Shown here piece by piece: positions 50,350 to 60,780 of a stretch of DNA of 64,000 nucleotides. Below the pieces are notes generated by a model. That model had not been told where the DNA came from, did not search any database, and saw only the letters and a program-made list of their open reading frames with translations. Both the position numbers and the translations under genes were made by a program. The first letter of the stretch is position 1. Each line of letters starts with the position of its first letter. This stretch comes from Deferribacterales bacterium (GTDB lineage Bacteria > Chrysiogenota > Deferribacteres > Deferribacterales > Geovibrionaceae), in NCBI GenBank assembly GCA_050253075.1, contig JBFWJS010000005.1:83237-147236 (forward strand), read 5' to 3'.

Positions 50350-51585
50350 TTAAAAGAATTCGCCAAACCAGCTCTTCATCCTGCCGAGCACATTTGTAAA
50401 AGCCTTCTCGTCGTTTCCGGAGAGCTTGTTACCCGGCTGATGCCCTTTGCGGCTTGCCACCATAGCCAGTCCCACTGCCGTAGCGTATTTAGGGTCTGTC
50501 ACATGGTCTGAAAGCCCGCCCACTCTCGAAGGTTTGCCGAGCCTCACAGGCACACCGAGTATCTCGGCTGCGAGGTGCTCTATCCCCTCGTGGTTTGCGA
50601 ATCCGCCTGTAATAACAACGCCCGCTCCCAGATGATCCATCAGCCCCTTATACTGGAGCTCGCCTTTGAATATCTGGAAAACTTCTTCGGCTCTCGCCTG
50701 AAGTATCTGTGTTACAACAGGTTTTCCAACTTCCCTCGGTGGACGCCCGCCCACTGTCGGTACTTCTATAACATCATCTTCCTCTACCAGAGGCATCCAG
50801 ACACACCCGTGTTTTATCTTCAGCTTTTCAGCCTCGGATTCAGGCGTATTCAGACCTATGGCGAGGTCTTTTGTAAAGTTTCTTCCGCCGATAAGGAGAG
50901 CCGCTGTGTGGAACACTGCACCCTGTTTGTAAACAGCCATGTCAGAAGTTCCGCCGCCGCCGTCGATGATACACACCCCTATCTCTTTTTCATCGTCCGA
51001 AAGGACCGATTCTGAAGAGGCTAATTGCTCTAAAACTATGTCATCAACGATAATTCCTGCTTTTTCACAGCTCTTCACTATATTCTGGGCACTGGATACT
51101 GCACCGGTGATGATATGCACGTCTGCCTCGAGGCGCACGCCTGTCATCCCCACGGGGTCTTTTATCTCGCTCTGCCCGTCCAGAATGAACTGCTGAGGGA
51201 GTATCGCCAGTATCTCATTACCCACAGTGATGTTTGTCGCTGCTGCTGTTTCGATAACTCTTTCGACGTCCTTCTGAGTGATCTCACGTCCGCCTTTCAC
51301 AGCTATCGTTCCACGCTGGTTAAAGCTCTTTATGTGACCGCCAGCAATGCCTGCGGTAGCTCTCTTTATCTGAACACCCGACATGCGCTCTGCCTCTGCA
51401 ACAGCTTCTCTGATGCTGTTCACAGTGGAGTCTATGTTGACGACCACACCTCTGCGGATGCCCTCGCTCGGAGCTTTCCCCAGACCGATAATATCAAGGC
51501 TTCCGTCCTCGTTCTTGCTCGCCACCACTGCGCAAATTTTAGTTGTGCCGAAATCAAGACCGACAAAGATGTTGTCCGTTGCCAT
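50350..51585 (-). CDS. ftsA: Cell division protein FtsA
   Basis: GLDFGTTKI, DPVGMTGVRLE, DGGGGTSD, YATAVGL. Confidence 0.97.
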   Translation of the reverse strand: MATDNIFVGLDFGTTKICAVVASKNEDGSLDIIGLGKAPSEGIRRGVVVNIDSTVNSIREAVAEAERMSGVQIKRATAGIAGGHIKSFNQRGTIAVKGGREITQKDVERVIETAAATNITVGNEILAILPQQFILDGQSEIKDPVGMTGVRLEADVHIITGAVSSAQNIVKSCEKAGIIVDDIVLEQLASSESVLSDDEKEIGVCIIDGGGGTSDMAVYKQGAVFHTAALLIGGRNFTKDLAIGLNTPESEAEKLKIKHGCVWMPLVEEDDVIEVPTVGGRPPREVGKPVVTQILQARAEEVFQIFKGELQYKGLMDHLGAGVVITGGFANHEGIEHLAAEILGVPVRLGKPSRVGGLSDHVTDPKYATAVGLAMVASRKGHQPGNKLSGNDEKAFTNVLGRMKSWFGEFF

Positions 51586-52268
51586 TACATCACCCCTTTA
51601 ACATATATTTTATCGGGTATGCGCATATCCACGTATTCGATGGATTTATATCTGTTCTTCACAGTTTTCTTATAAACCTCGAAGAGCTTTGCAAATTCTT
51701 CCCTGTCATAGTTGCCGAGGATCTTGATATCCCCGTCTGTAACAGTGAAGTAAAACTGCTTAAGCTCCACATCCGCATCTTTCAGCACGGCAGTGTTCTC
51801 GTATATACGGATGAACTCTCTAAAGTCCTGATCCTCAACACCGCTCTCCATGCGAACCTTTGCCTCTTTGCAGTCTTCCTTTATCAGGAGGCCGGATGCA
51901 GTCGCTGTAAAGCATCCCTTTGTGTTTGTAAGCTGAAAGACGGGAGTCTTTTCAAATACAACCACTTCGAGGCTGTCAGGAAACACTTTCCTGATCTCCA
52001 TGCGCTCTACCCAAGTGTCGTCGACACTCGTTATATTCGTATTTTTAATATCAAAGATACTCTTGCCGACCAGCGATTTCACCATGGATTTCACTTTATT
52101 TTCATCGGCTTTGATAACACCTTTAACACGCACACTCTTCACTTTGAAATACCCGCTGTCGGAAAGCACCACCGCACCTGCTGTGACACCCACCGCGAAC
52201 AGACCTACGGTAAACAGTGCGAAGACCGTTACTGCCATAAATCCTACAAATCCTTTTTTCTTAGCCAT
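51585..52268 (-). CDS. ftsQ: Cell division protein FtsQ/DivIB
   Basis: TM plus POTRA (WVE...RKVFPD.L.V...EK), C-terminal YVDMR; gene position. Confidence 0.85.
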   Translation of the reverse strand: MAKKKGFVGFMAVTVFALFTVGLFAVGVTAGAVVLSDSGYFKVKSVRVKGVIKADENKVKSMVKSLVGKSIFDIKNTNITSVDDTWVERMEIRKVFPDSLEVVVFEKTPVFQLTNTKGCFTATASGLLIKEDCKEAKVRMESGVEDQDFREFIRIYENTAVLKDADVELKQFYFTVTDGDIKILGNYDREEFAKLFEVYKKTVKNRYKSIEYVDMRIPDKIYVKGVM

Positions 52269-52328
52269 TACTTAACTCCATTCAAGTAATTTTGCGGCAT
52301 AAGTTCTTTATTACCTTATATTATGTCT

Positions 52329-52737
52329 CTTTGAAACTGATCGTCCCGACAGTTTCAAAGGCTTGGTCATTGCGAGGAGGATTTATCCGGCGAAGCAATC
52401 TTCCACTTAAAGAAACTCTTCTTAACCTGGAAGATCGCCACAGCCCTAAAGGGCTTCGCGATGACACTGTCTAATTCTCTACTACCTACCGTTTACTCTC
52501 AAAAGCTTCGAGGAGCATCTTCTCGATCGATAACTTCTTTGAAACGGATCGTCCTGACCGTTTCAAAGGCGACTTTGCCTAACTAGTCAGGCAAAGGTCT
52601 TTCGGGCTGCAATTCTTTTGCCCGCAGGTGCTCCTGCACCTGATGGTCTCGTCATTGCGAGGCTTGCCGAAGCAATCTTAGCCCTCGTTCCGCAGCCTAC
52701 CGTTTACTCTCAAAAGCTCCGAGGAGCATCTTCTCGA
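52329..52737. repeat. Composite repeat region: two diverged ~210-bp units (hairpin + REP + ddl 3' end)
   Basis: Hairpins at 52329-52360 and 52537-52568; REP at 52366-52465 and half REP at 52651-52680; 42-bp direct repeat 52485-52526 / 52696-52737 with 1 mismatch. Confidence 0.85.
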
Positions 52738-53593
52738 CCATATCATCAAAGCTGTAGCCCGCTTTATTAGCGGCCTTAGGCAGAAGGCTGGTCTCTGTCA
52801 TGCCCGGCAGGGTATTCACCTCAAGCACATACGGATGCTTTCCGTCGTAGATGATGTCTGCCCTTCCGTAACCGCTGCATTCCAGAGCGTCAAAGGCTCT
52901 CATGGCCATGTTGTTCACTGCTTCTGTCTCCGTTTTGGAGAGACCTGTCTCGAAGATATATTCTGTCATACCTTTGGTATATTTTGATTCATAGTCATAG
53001 ACGCCTTTTTTCGGGCGTATCCATATAGCAGGGAGCACCTCACCGTCCAGTATGCTGACGGTCAGCTCCATGCCGCTGATGCACTGCTCTACGATAACCT
53101 TGCCGTCGTATTTGAAAGCGTCTTCCAGCTTCTCTGCATAGTCAGCTTCGTTGTCTACTATGTGTATGCCCACGCTGGAGCCCTGTCTTGCGGGCTTTAT
53201 CACGCATTTTTCGAAAGGCATATTTCTATTAACGTCTCTCAGCTCTATATAGTCTGCGGTCTTCACCTTAGACTTTATGAACTGTTCCTTAGAGAGCGCT
53301 TTATCAAAGGCTATCAGGTTAGACTGGTATGAAGAGCCTGTATAAGGCAGCCCCATTATGTCCAGCAGACCCTGTATGCGTCCGTCCTCACCGTATGTAC
53401 CGTGCAGAGCGATAAAGCAGACATCGGCGCCCGACCGGGCTACCTGAGAGGCGACATCACGCCCCATGTCTATGAGGGCGGTCTCGTATCCAAGGCGGAT
53501 GAGGGAGTCATAAGCTGCCTTTCCGCTGCGGAGGGAAACCTCTCTTTCTGCCGACATACCGCCGTAAAGGACGGCTACCTTTTTATCTTTCAC
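52697..53593 (-). CDS. ddl: D-alanine--D-alanine ligase
   Basis: GGMSAEREVSL, LHGTYGEDG, GSSVG, YDYESKY, EVNTLPGMT. Confidence 0.97.
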   Translation of the reverse strand: MKDKKVAVLYGGMSAEREVSLRSGKAAYDSLIRLGYETALIDMGRDVASQVARSGADVCFIALHGTYGEDGRIQGLLDIMGLPYTGSSYQSNLIAFDKALSKEQFIKSKVKTADYIELRDVNRNMPFEKCVIKPARQGSSVGIHIVDNEADYAEKLEDAFKYDGKVIVEQCISGMELTVSILDGEVLPAIWIRPKKGVYDYESKYTKGMTEYIFETGLSKTETEAVNNMAMRAFDALECSGYGRADIIYDGKHPYVLEVNTLPGMTETSLLPKAANKAGYSFDDMVEKMLLGAFESKR

Positions 53594-54980
53594 TTCTCTT
53601 TATCCTCACTGCCTCTGAAAGCTCAAAGGAGAATTTTGTAATGCTTCCCGCACCGAGTGTCAGCATGACTGTGTCGTCACAGCCGTGTTCGTGCAGGTAT
53701 TCAAACACCCCGTCAAATCCGTGGATGTATTTTACGTTTTTAAAGCCTCTGGTCTTGATCTCTTTCACCAGTGTTTCAGAGTCCACACCGTCTATCTTGT
53801 CTTCGCTGGCCGCATATATATCTGTAATGAAGAGCATGTCTGCATCAAAGAACGCAGTGGCGAAATCCTTCATGAGCGCCGCAGTACGGCTGTATCTGTG
53901 AGGCTGGAAAATAGCCAGTATCTTCTTATCCTGATAAGCACCGCGCACAGCCTTCAGAGTAGTTTTGATCTCTGTCGGGTGATGTCCGTAGTCGTCCATA
54001 ACGATGCAGCTTCCGTCTTCGTATCTGCTGGTCAGCCTGCGCTGAACACCCTTAAACCCTTCGAGGGCACGCTTTACCGTGCGGAAAGGTATGTCGAACT
54101 GCATAGCGACGGCTATTGCGCCCAGTGCGTTGCGTACATTATGCTCACCTGGGAATCCGAGCTTAATTCTGCCCGCCTTCTTTCCGCTGATGATAACGTC
54201 GAACTGCATAGAGAAACCCTTCTGCTCTATGTTCACCGCATGCACATCTGCCTGTGCGAGGAATCCGTATGTGACAAACCTGCGGTCTATCAGCGGGATG
54301 AGGTCTGCCGTGTTCTCGTCGTCGAGGCAGAGGACCACAGAGCCGTAAAAAGGCACTCTGGAAACAAAGTCGGCGAATGTCTGTTTGACATCTTCGATAT
54401 CTTTGTATGTGTCAGGGTGCTCAAAGTCTATATTTGTAACCAGTGCAACAGACGGCGACATCATAAGGAAACTCCTGTCTGATTCGTCCGCTTCGGCAAC
54501 TATCACGTTTCCTGTGCCGAGGGTTGCGTTGGTATCTTTCGTATTCAGTATCCCGCCCACGACCACTGTCGGGTCGAGTTTTGCGGTGTTCAATATCTCT
54601 GCCACCATGGATGTGGTGGTTGTCTTCCCGTGGGAGCCTGCGATGGCAATGCTGTATTTCAGACGCATAAGCTCCGCCAGCATCTCGCCACGCTTTATCA
54701 CAGGGATAAAGTTATCCTTTGCGCAGACCAGCTCAGGGTTTGTCTCCTTCACAGCGGATGAATAGACCACAACGTCTGCACCCTCTGCGTTTTCATACCT
54801 GTGTCCTGTCTGCACGTTTATTCCCATTTTCTGCAGGCGTTTAACATTGTTACTCTCCAAAAGGTCGGAACCGCTCACGCCAAACCCCATAGTATGCAGA
54901 ACCTCAGCGATACCGCTCATGCCTATCCCGCCTATGCCTACGAAGTGGATGTTTTTAACTTTTCCAAAAACCTTATCCAA
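53583..54980 (-). CDS. murC: UDP-N-acetylmuramate--L-alanine ligase
   Basis: HFVGIGGIGMSG, GSHGKTTT, EADESD, DDYGHHPTE. Confidence 0.97.
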   Translation of the reverse strand: MDKVFGKVKNIHFVGIGGIGMSGIAEVLHTMGFGVSGSDLLESNNVKRLQKMGINVQTGHRYENAEGADVVVYSSAVKETNPELVCAKDNFIPVIKRGEMLAELMRLKYSIAIAGSHGKTTTTSMVAEILNTAKLDPTVVVGGILNTKDTNATLGTGNVIVAEADESDRSFLMMSPSVALVTNIDFEHPDTYKDIEDVKQTFADFVSRVPFYGSVVLCLDDENTADLIPLIDRRFVTYGFLAQADVHAVNIEQKGFSMQFDVIISGKKAGRIKLGFPGEHNVRNALGAIAVAMQFDIPFRTVKRALEGFKGVQRRLTSRYEDGSCIVMDDYGHHPTEIKTTLKAVRGAYQDKKILAIFQPHRYSRTAALMKDFATAFFDADMLFITDIYAASEDKIDGVDSETLVKEIKTRGFKNVKYIHGFDGVFEYLHEHGCDDTVMLTLGAGSITKFSFELSEAVRIKRSER

Positions 54981-56016
54981 TGTTCATTCCCCCTGCTATC
55001 AGCTCTACGCTTTCGTATGTTTTCAGGTTTTTCAGTGCTGTTTTATAGCTGTCATAGTTCAGAGATATGCTCTTCACCATTCCCGCCAGAGCCTCCGGCT
55101 TTGCGTCGTCCTCAGTGAGAACTTTCGCCACGCCCTGCTCCTCTGCAAATTTTGCATTATAGAGCTGGTGTTCGTCCGCCGACAGCGCAAAGGGTATGTA
55201 AATAGCGACCCTTTTTGCATTCATAACCTCGAAAACCGTCCCCGAGCCTGAGCGTGCTATTACCACATCCGCCCATTCCAGTGCCTCGGCGACATCATCT
55301 ATGTATCCGGTCACCTGAAGTCTCTCATCAGGTGTGATACCGAGCACGTTATATTTTTCCATAGTCTCACCCAGCAGCTTTCCGCCCGCCTGATGACGGA
55401 TGGTAAACCCCGCTTCCAAAAGCGACTTTGCGGCCTCTGCCACCTGAGTGTTTATAAACCTGCTCCCCTGCGAACCGCCGAGGATCAATATATTCTTACC
55501 CGCCTCTTCCTTCATCGGGATGTTTTTAAACATCGCCCTGACGGGGTTGCCTGTCACGGTTGTTTTCCCCACTGCCTTTTTGGTATCGGGGAAAGACAGA
55601 AAGACCTTTTCACAGCTCCCTGCGAACTTTCTGTTAGTCATGCCCATCACGCTGTTCTGCTCGTGGAGATACATCTCTATCCCCTTCATCGAGCCGACCA
55701 GAGCGGCGGCAGCGGATACAAACCCGCCTGTAAGGAGGAGCTTGTCGTCCTTTTTCAGCAGTCTGTGGCATCTGGCGACCTCTTTCATCAGCATGAATAC
55801 AGACTTTACCTTTCTGAATGCAGATACACCGTTCAGAGGTGTTTCCGACTGCTCATAGAAAGGATAGCCGAGGTCTGTGAGCACCTTCCTCTCCAGTCCC
55901 CTTTTGGAGACGATGAAGAAGCTGTCCACGCCGAACTGCTTTACGTATTCCGCAACGGCTACACCCGGGTAAAGATGCCCGCCTGTACCGCCGCCTGCGA
56001 TGACCAGCCTAGACAT
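54973..56016 (-). CDS. murG: Lipid II GlcNAc transferase MurG
   Basis: GGGTGGH, HEQN, GNPVR, GGSQG. Confidence 0.96.
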   Translation of the reverse strand: MSRLVIAGGGTGGHLYPGVAVAEYVKQFGVDSFFIVSKRGLERKVLTDLGYPFYEQSETPLNGVSAFRKVKSVFMLMKEVARCHRLLKKDDKLLLTGGFVSAAAALVGSMKGIEMYLHEQNSVMGMTNRKFAGSCEKVFLSFPDTKKAVGKTTVTGNPVRAMFKNIPMKEEAGKNILILGGSQGSRFINTQVAEAAKSLLEAGFTIRHQAGGKLLGETMEKYNVLGITPDERLQVTGYIDDVAEALEWADVVIARSGSGTVFEVMNAKRVAIYIPFALSADEHQLYNAKFAEEQGVAKVLTEDDAKPEALAGMVKSISLNYDSYKTALKNLKTYESVELIAGGMNIG

Positions 56017-57106
56017 TCTGTTCCCCCTGTGCCTCTTCGGCACTGCGTATGAGCACGCCCACGATAAAGAGCGACATGATCATACTGGAACCGCCGTAGC
56101 TCACAAACGGAAGACCTATACCCTTAGTCGGCAGTGCACCTGTCACAACACCTATGTGCAGACAAGCCTGAACAACGAGACAATAAGCCAGACCGAATGT
56201 AAAAATACGTTTAAATTTATTCGTATGCAGCTTTGCAACTTGCACGCATACATAAAAAAGTACTGCAAAAAGCACTATAAAAAACAATGCACCAAGAAGC
56301 CCTGTCTCCTCAGCTATGATGGCATAGATGAAGTCTGTGTGAGCCTCGGGGAGGAAGTGCAGCTTCTGGGAAGAGTTGCCTATACCCTTGCCCGCCAGCT
56401 TCCCGCTGCCTACTGCGGCGAGAGACTGTATCAGCTGATATCCTGTCTTATACTGGTCTGCCCACGGGTCGAGAAAGCTGAGAAGCCTAGCCTTCCTGTA
56501 TCCCATCATCATCCCCGCTATCAGTATCGGAGAGATGAACCCGAGCATACCGCCTATATGCTTAATGCTCGCACCGCCGATGAGGAACATGGCGAGCAGT
56601 ATAGCTATCATCAGAAACGTAGTACCAAAGTCAGGCTCGGAGAGTATCAGAGCACCCATAAGGCCGAGCAGGATAGAAGCAGGTAAAAAACCTTTGGAGA
56701 AGTCTTTCAGCTTGTCTTCCTTCTTTTCCAGATAGTGCGCCAGATAGAGTATCAGCGTAAACTTCGCCAGCTCCGAAGGCTGGAAGCTGAAACCCGGCAG
56801 GAGCAGCCATCTGTGCGCTCCGTTGATAGGTCTGTAAAAGAAGACCGCAACGAGCAGTACCAGAGTGAGAAAATAAAGGATCGGAACATTCTTTCTCCAT
56901 GCGCTGAGAGGCACTTTATAAGCAGTGTACATAGCGAAGAAGCCGACGATGACGCTCACCATCTGCTTCTGGAAAAAGTAGAGCTCACGCTTGCCCAGAG
57001 AGATAGCCTGCATGCTCCCCGCAGAGAGTATGAAGATCAGACCGCCCATGGTCAGCACAGAGATTATCAGCAGTATTTTAAATCTGTTGTCTCTCAGCTC
57101 GTTCAT
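56009..57106 (-). CDS. ftsW: Cell division SEDS protein FtsW
   Basis: NGAHRW, QPSELAK, EPDFG, LPEAHTDFI, LPFVSYGGSS. Confidence 0.96.
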   Translation of the reverse strand: MNELRDNRFKILLIISVLTMGGLIFILSAGSMQAISLGKRELYFFQKQMVSVIVGFFAMYTAYKVPLSAWRKNVPILYFLTLVLLVAVFFYRPINGAHRWLLLPGFSFQPSELAKFTLILYLAHYLEKKEDKLKDFSKGFLPASILLGLMGALILSEPDFGTTFLMIAILLAMFLIGGASIKHIGGMLGFISPILIAGMMMGYRKARLLSFLDPWADQYKTGYQLIQSLAAVGSGKLAGKGIGNSSQKLHFLPEAHTDFIYAIIAEETGLLGALFFIVLFAVLFYVCVQVAKLHTNKFKRIFTFGLAYCLVVQACLHIGVVTGALPTKGIGLPFVSYGGSSMIMSLFIVGVLIRSAEEAQGEQNV

Positions 57107-58344
57107 TGTCTTCCCTTTATCTCCATTACCAGTTCTTTGAAGTGAGTACCTCTGTGTTCGAAGCCTCTGTGCTCGTCAAAGCTGGCACAGGCAGGTGAAA
57201 GCAGAACTTTTTCGCCCGCTTCAGCCGCCTCATATGCTTTTAAAACCGCCTCTTCCAGATTTAAAGCTCTGTAAAGAGGCACACTGATCTTTCCGTTCAG
57301 CGTGTTATATATCTTTTCACCTGCGCCGCCGTAGGCTATCACGCATGTACATTTTTCATTCAGGGCGTCTGTCATAGTTTTGAAGTCGCCGTTCTTGTCC
57401 TTTCCGCCGAGGATGATCACTATCCCCTTCTCCATGCCGTTCAGCGCTGTCAGGGTGCTGTGTATGTTTGTACCCTTAGAGTCGTTTATAAACTCCACGC
57501 CGTTTATCTCGGCTACGTGTTCGCATCTGTGCTCGAGCCCTGTGAGCCCTGTCAGCATATCCGAAACATCGCCTTCGAGCCCTGCCAACGCATCCACCGC
57601 TAAAAGGGCAAATGAAAGGTTTATCAGGTTATGCCCGCCACTCAGTGGGAAGTTTGCCGTATCGGCATAAAACCTGCCGAAATCGAGCCTGCCCGCCTGC
57701 GGTTTAGGGTCTATCTTTATCGTCTCACCCGTGAAGACAGACGCCTTCCCTTTCAGGTATTCATCGTCTTCTATTATCAGCCTGCCCTCAGGCTTCAGGT
57801 AATGCAGCAGATTTATCTTATCCGCTGTGTAGTCGTCCAGATCTGAGTATCTGTCCATGTGGTCTTCGGCGAGGTTTGTTATGACCGCTGCATCCGCCTG
57901 AAACTCTTTCAGCATCCCTGTCTGGAAGCTGGAGAGCTCTGCCACATAAACATCCTTTGCGCCCGCAAGCACCGCATCGCCGAATGTCACGCCTATGTTT
58001 CCGCAGGCTATGGCGCTCATCCCGCACTTTTCAAAGAGCTGTGCGGTGAGGTGAGTCACTGTGGACTTACCGTTTGTGCCTGTGATGGCGACTATCTTAG
58101 AGCCCATCGGCATGTGCTTGTATGCCAGCTCTATTTCGCTAGTATATTTTTTCGGTGCGTTTGTCAGCTTGCGCAGGTTTATCCCCGGGCTGACAGCAAC
58201 ACTGTCGTATTCATCTTTAAACTCTGCGATCGGTCTGGCGGACTTGTCGTCGAAAATATCGACTTCATTATATCCGTCCAGTGTCAGCAGTTTTTCGGCT
58301 GCCTTACCGCTCATACCGTAGCCTATGATCGCAGCTTTCATCAT
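57103..58344 (-). CDS. murD: UDP-MurNAc-L-Ala--D-glutamate ligase
   Basis: ITGTNGKST, ELSSFQ, NDSKGTN, LSPACASFD; start re-called to MMKAAIIG. Confidence 0.96.
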   Translation of the reverse strand: MMKAAIIGYGMSGKAAEKLLTLDGYNEVDIFDDKSARPIAEFKDEYDSVAVSPGINLRKLTNAPKKYTSEIELAYKHMPMGSKIVAITGTNGKSTVTHLTAQLFEKCGMSAIACGNIGVTFGDAVLAGAKDVYVAELSSFQTGMLKEFQADAAVITNLAEDHMDRYSDLDDYTADKINLLHYLKPEGRLIIEDDEYLKGKASVFTGETIKIDPKPQAGRLDFGRFYADTANFPLSGGHNLINLSFALLAVDALAGLEGDVSDMLTGLTGLEHRCEHVAEINGVEFINDSKGTNIHSTLTALNGMEKGIVIILGGKDKNGDFKTMTDALNEKCTCVIAYGGAGEKIYNTLNGKISVPLYRALNLEEAVLKAYEAAEAGEKVLLSPACASFDEHRGFEHRGTHFKELVMEIKGRQ

Positions 58345-59429
58345 TACCTCAGCTTCAGCGTGGACAGAGCCACCAGTGCCAGTATTATAGAGATGATCCA
58401 GAAGCGGATGACGATCTTTGTCTCGCCCCAACCGGAAAGCTCAAAATGATGATGTATAGGTGCCATGCGGAAAAGTCTCTTCCCGCCCGACATCTTAAAA
58501 TACCCGACCTGAAATATTACAGACAGGGTCTCCATTACGAATATACCGCCCACTATGGCGAGGACTATCTCGTGCTTTGCTATAACAGCTACTGTAGCCA
58601 GCGCACCGCCTATGGCAAGGCTGCCCACGTCGCCCATGAAGACGCTCGCAGGGTGTGCATTAAACCAGAGGAATCCGAGCCCCGCACCAACCATCGCTCC
58701 ACAGAATATAGCAAGCTCTCCTGCATCTCTGATGTAGATGATCTGCAGATAATCTGCGAATTTCACGTGACCTGTGAGGTACACGAAGAGCCCGATAGTT
58801 CCAAATGCTATGACGCTCGGTGCTATTGCCAGCCCGTCGAGACCGTCTGTGAGGTTCACGGCGTTTGATGTGCCGATGATGACAAACAGAGCAAATACAA
58901 AGTAGAAGTAGGACAGGTCTATCACCAGATGCTTGAAGAAAGGCATGGCGAGCCTTGTCACATTACCGCTAGTGTCCACCTGCATCAGCATAGCAGTAGC
59001 GGCAACAGCCACCACGAGCTGACCCATGAACTTTGTCCTTGCAGATATCCCGTTCGGGTTTTTCAGTATTGTCTTTTTATAGTCGTCGACAAATCCGAGG
59101 AAGCCGTAAGATACGAATACGAAAAGCGTAATCCACACATACGGATTTCTCAGGTCTGCCCACAGCAGTGTTGTAATTGTTGCGGAGCCGACTATTATTA
59201 TGCCCCCCATTGTCGGGGTGCCTTCTTTTGCTTTATGTCTGTCGGGCTCATAGCCCTTTGACTTCATATTGAAAGAGAGCTCCCTCAGCCTGCGTATAGC
59301 ATATGGACCGACTATCAGTGTGATGAGCATAGCGGTAACGGCAGCGTATGCCGCACGGAAAGTGATATAGCGAAAGACATTAAGTATGCTCAGCTGGTCC
59401 GCTAACGGGACTAAGAGGTTATACAGCAC
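58344..59429 (-). CDS. mraY: Phospho-MurNAc-pentapeptide transferase
   Basis: [38 protein letters not shown]. Confidence 0.98.
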   Translation of the reverse strand: MLYNLLVPLADQLSILNVFRYITFRAAYAAVTAMLITLIVGPYAIRRLRELSFNMKSKGYEPDRHKAKEGTPTMGGIIIVGSATITTLLWADLRNPYVWITLFVFVSYGFLGFVDDYKKTILKNPNGISARTKFMGQLVVAVAATAMLMQVDTSGNVTRLAMPFFKHLVIDLSYFYFVFALFVIIGTSNAVNLTDGLDGLAIAPSVIAFGTIGLFVYLTGHVKFADYLQIIYIRDAGELAIFCGAMVGAGLGFLWFNAHPASVFMGDVGSLAIGGALATVAVIAKHEIVLAIVGGIFVMETLSVIFQVGYFKMSGGKRLFRMAPIHHHFELSGWGETKIVIRFWIISIILALVALSTLKLR

Positions 59430-60777
59430 TCTTCATTTTCTCCTTTTCGAGGTGTTTTACGAACTCCTCGAACTTCTGACCACGGGAAGCCTTGAAAAGA
59501 ACCGCACCCTGACTTACCTCAGAGATGAGCCTCTTTGCCTCTTCACGTGTCTGAACTATCTTTATATTTCCCGCTTTTTCAAAACGGGTGAATCCTTTAC
59601 CTACAAATACGAAGTTTACGTTCTGAAGCTCGGATGCTTTTTTCATCAGTTTGAAGTAGAGCATCTCTTCGTATCCTTCTATCTCGCCCATTTCGCCTAT
59701 GAAGGCTGTCTTCACGTCCGATGGTATCTCGGCGAGGTTTGACATGGCGCTTATCACAGATTCGAAACCTGCGTTATAGGTGTCGTCGATGACCTTTATG
59801 CCGTCCACGTCATTTATGCGCCCTCTGCCTGCCTTCGGCTGAAAGTTTCTGATGCCCTTCATGACATCTGTATATGAGAGCCCCGCAGCCATGCCTATGG
59901 CTATTGCAGGGAGACTGTTATTTACAAAGTGGCTGTATATGTGGTTCAGCTTAAAGCAGTAAGGAGTATTCCTCGTGACCGCCGTAAAGTAGAAGTCACC
60001 CGCTGCTGTTCTGTTCACCTCAGCCAGTATCACGTGGGAGGACATGTCAGAGCCGAAGTATTTCACCTCTGCTTTTTCAAGCACTTCCGATGTAATGAAC
60101 CTGCGGCATGTGTCGGCTATGTAGAGCGTCCCTCTGTTTTTCATCCCTTTAACGATGGAGAGCTTCTCCTCTGCGAGCCCTTCTATGCCTTTGAATCTGC
60201 CGATGTGCGCATGTCCTATGCCTGTGACAACGCATACGTCAGGCTTTATATATTTAGAGAGCTGTTCTATCTCTCCGCTGGAGTTCGTACCCATTTCAAA
60301 CACTGCATAGCTTGTGCCCATCTTCATGTTTGCAGCACATATGGCGACTCCAAGCTCGTTGTTGTAATTGCCGTATGCGGTATAAACACGCTTTCTTGTT
60401 TTCAGCACTTCGCTGATCAGCTCTTTTGTGGTGGTTTTACCCACGCTGCCTGTTATGGCTATCTTTCTGCCTTTGTATCTCTGAAGGTTATAAGCACCGA
60501 GGTCTTTCAGTGCCTGCATGGCATCACGTACCAGAACCTTACTGCCTCTGATGCTGTCATAAACAGCCTCATCCGTGACCACGACAAGGGATGCACCCTC
60601 TTCGGACACTGCCTTTGCGTAAAGGTTTCCGTCTGTCTTCTCACCTTTGAAAGCGACAAAGCAGCTGTCTTTTCTCAGCTGTCTGCTGTCGATGACAAAG
60701 TTTTTGATCTGTACGTCTTCCTGCACATGGGAATGAAGAACACCGCCCATGGCATTGATTGCCTGTGTGACTAGCAT
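59419..60777 (-). CDS. murF: UDP-MurNAc-tripeptide--D-Ala-D-Ala ligase
   Basis: [30 protein letters not shown]. Confidence 0.96.
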   Translation of the reverse strand: MLVTQAINAMGGVLHSHVQEDVQIKNFVIDSRQLRKDSCFVAFKGEKTDGNLYAKAVSEEGASLVVVTDEAVYDSIRGSKVLVRDAMQALKDLGAYNLQRYKGRKIAITGSVGKTTTKELISEVLKTRKRVYTAYGNYNNELGVAICAANMKMGTSYAVFEMGTNSSGEIEQLSKYIKPDVCVVTGIGHAHIGRFKGIEGLAEEKLSIVKGMKNRGTLYIADTCRRFITSEVLEKAEVKYFGSDMSSHVILAEVNRTAAGDFYFTAVTRNTPYCFKLNHIYSHFVNNSLPAIAIGMAAGLSYTDVMKGIRNFQPKAGRGRINDVDGIKVIDDTYNAGFESVISAMSNLAEIPSDVKTAFIGEMGEIEGYEEMLYFKLMKKASELQNVNFVFVGKGFTRFEKAGNIKIVQTREEAKRLISEVSQGAVLFKASRGQKFEEFVKHLEKEKMKSAV

Positions 60778-60780
60778 TCG

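Noticed and set aside
52329..52737. CRISPR array
   Set aside because: Only two copies of the 32-bp palindrome, 208 bp apart, with structured non-spacer DNA between them and no cas genes.
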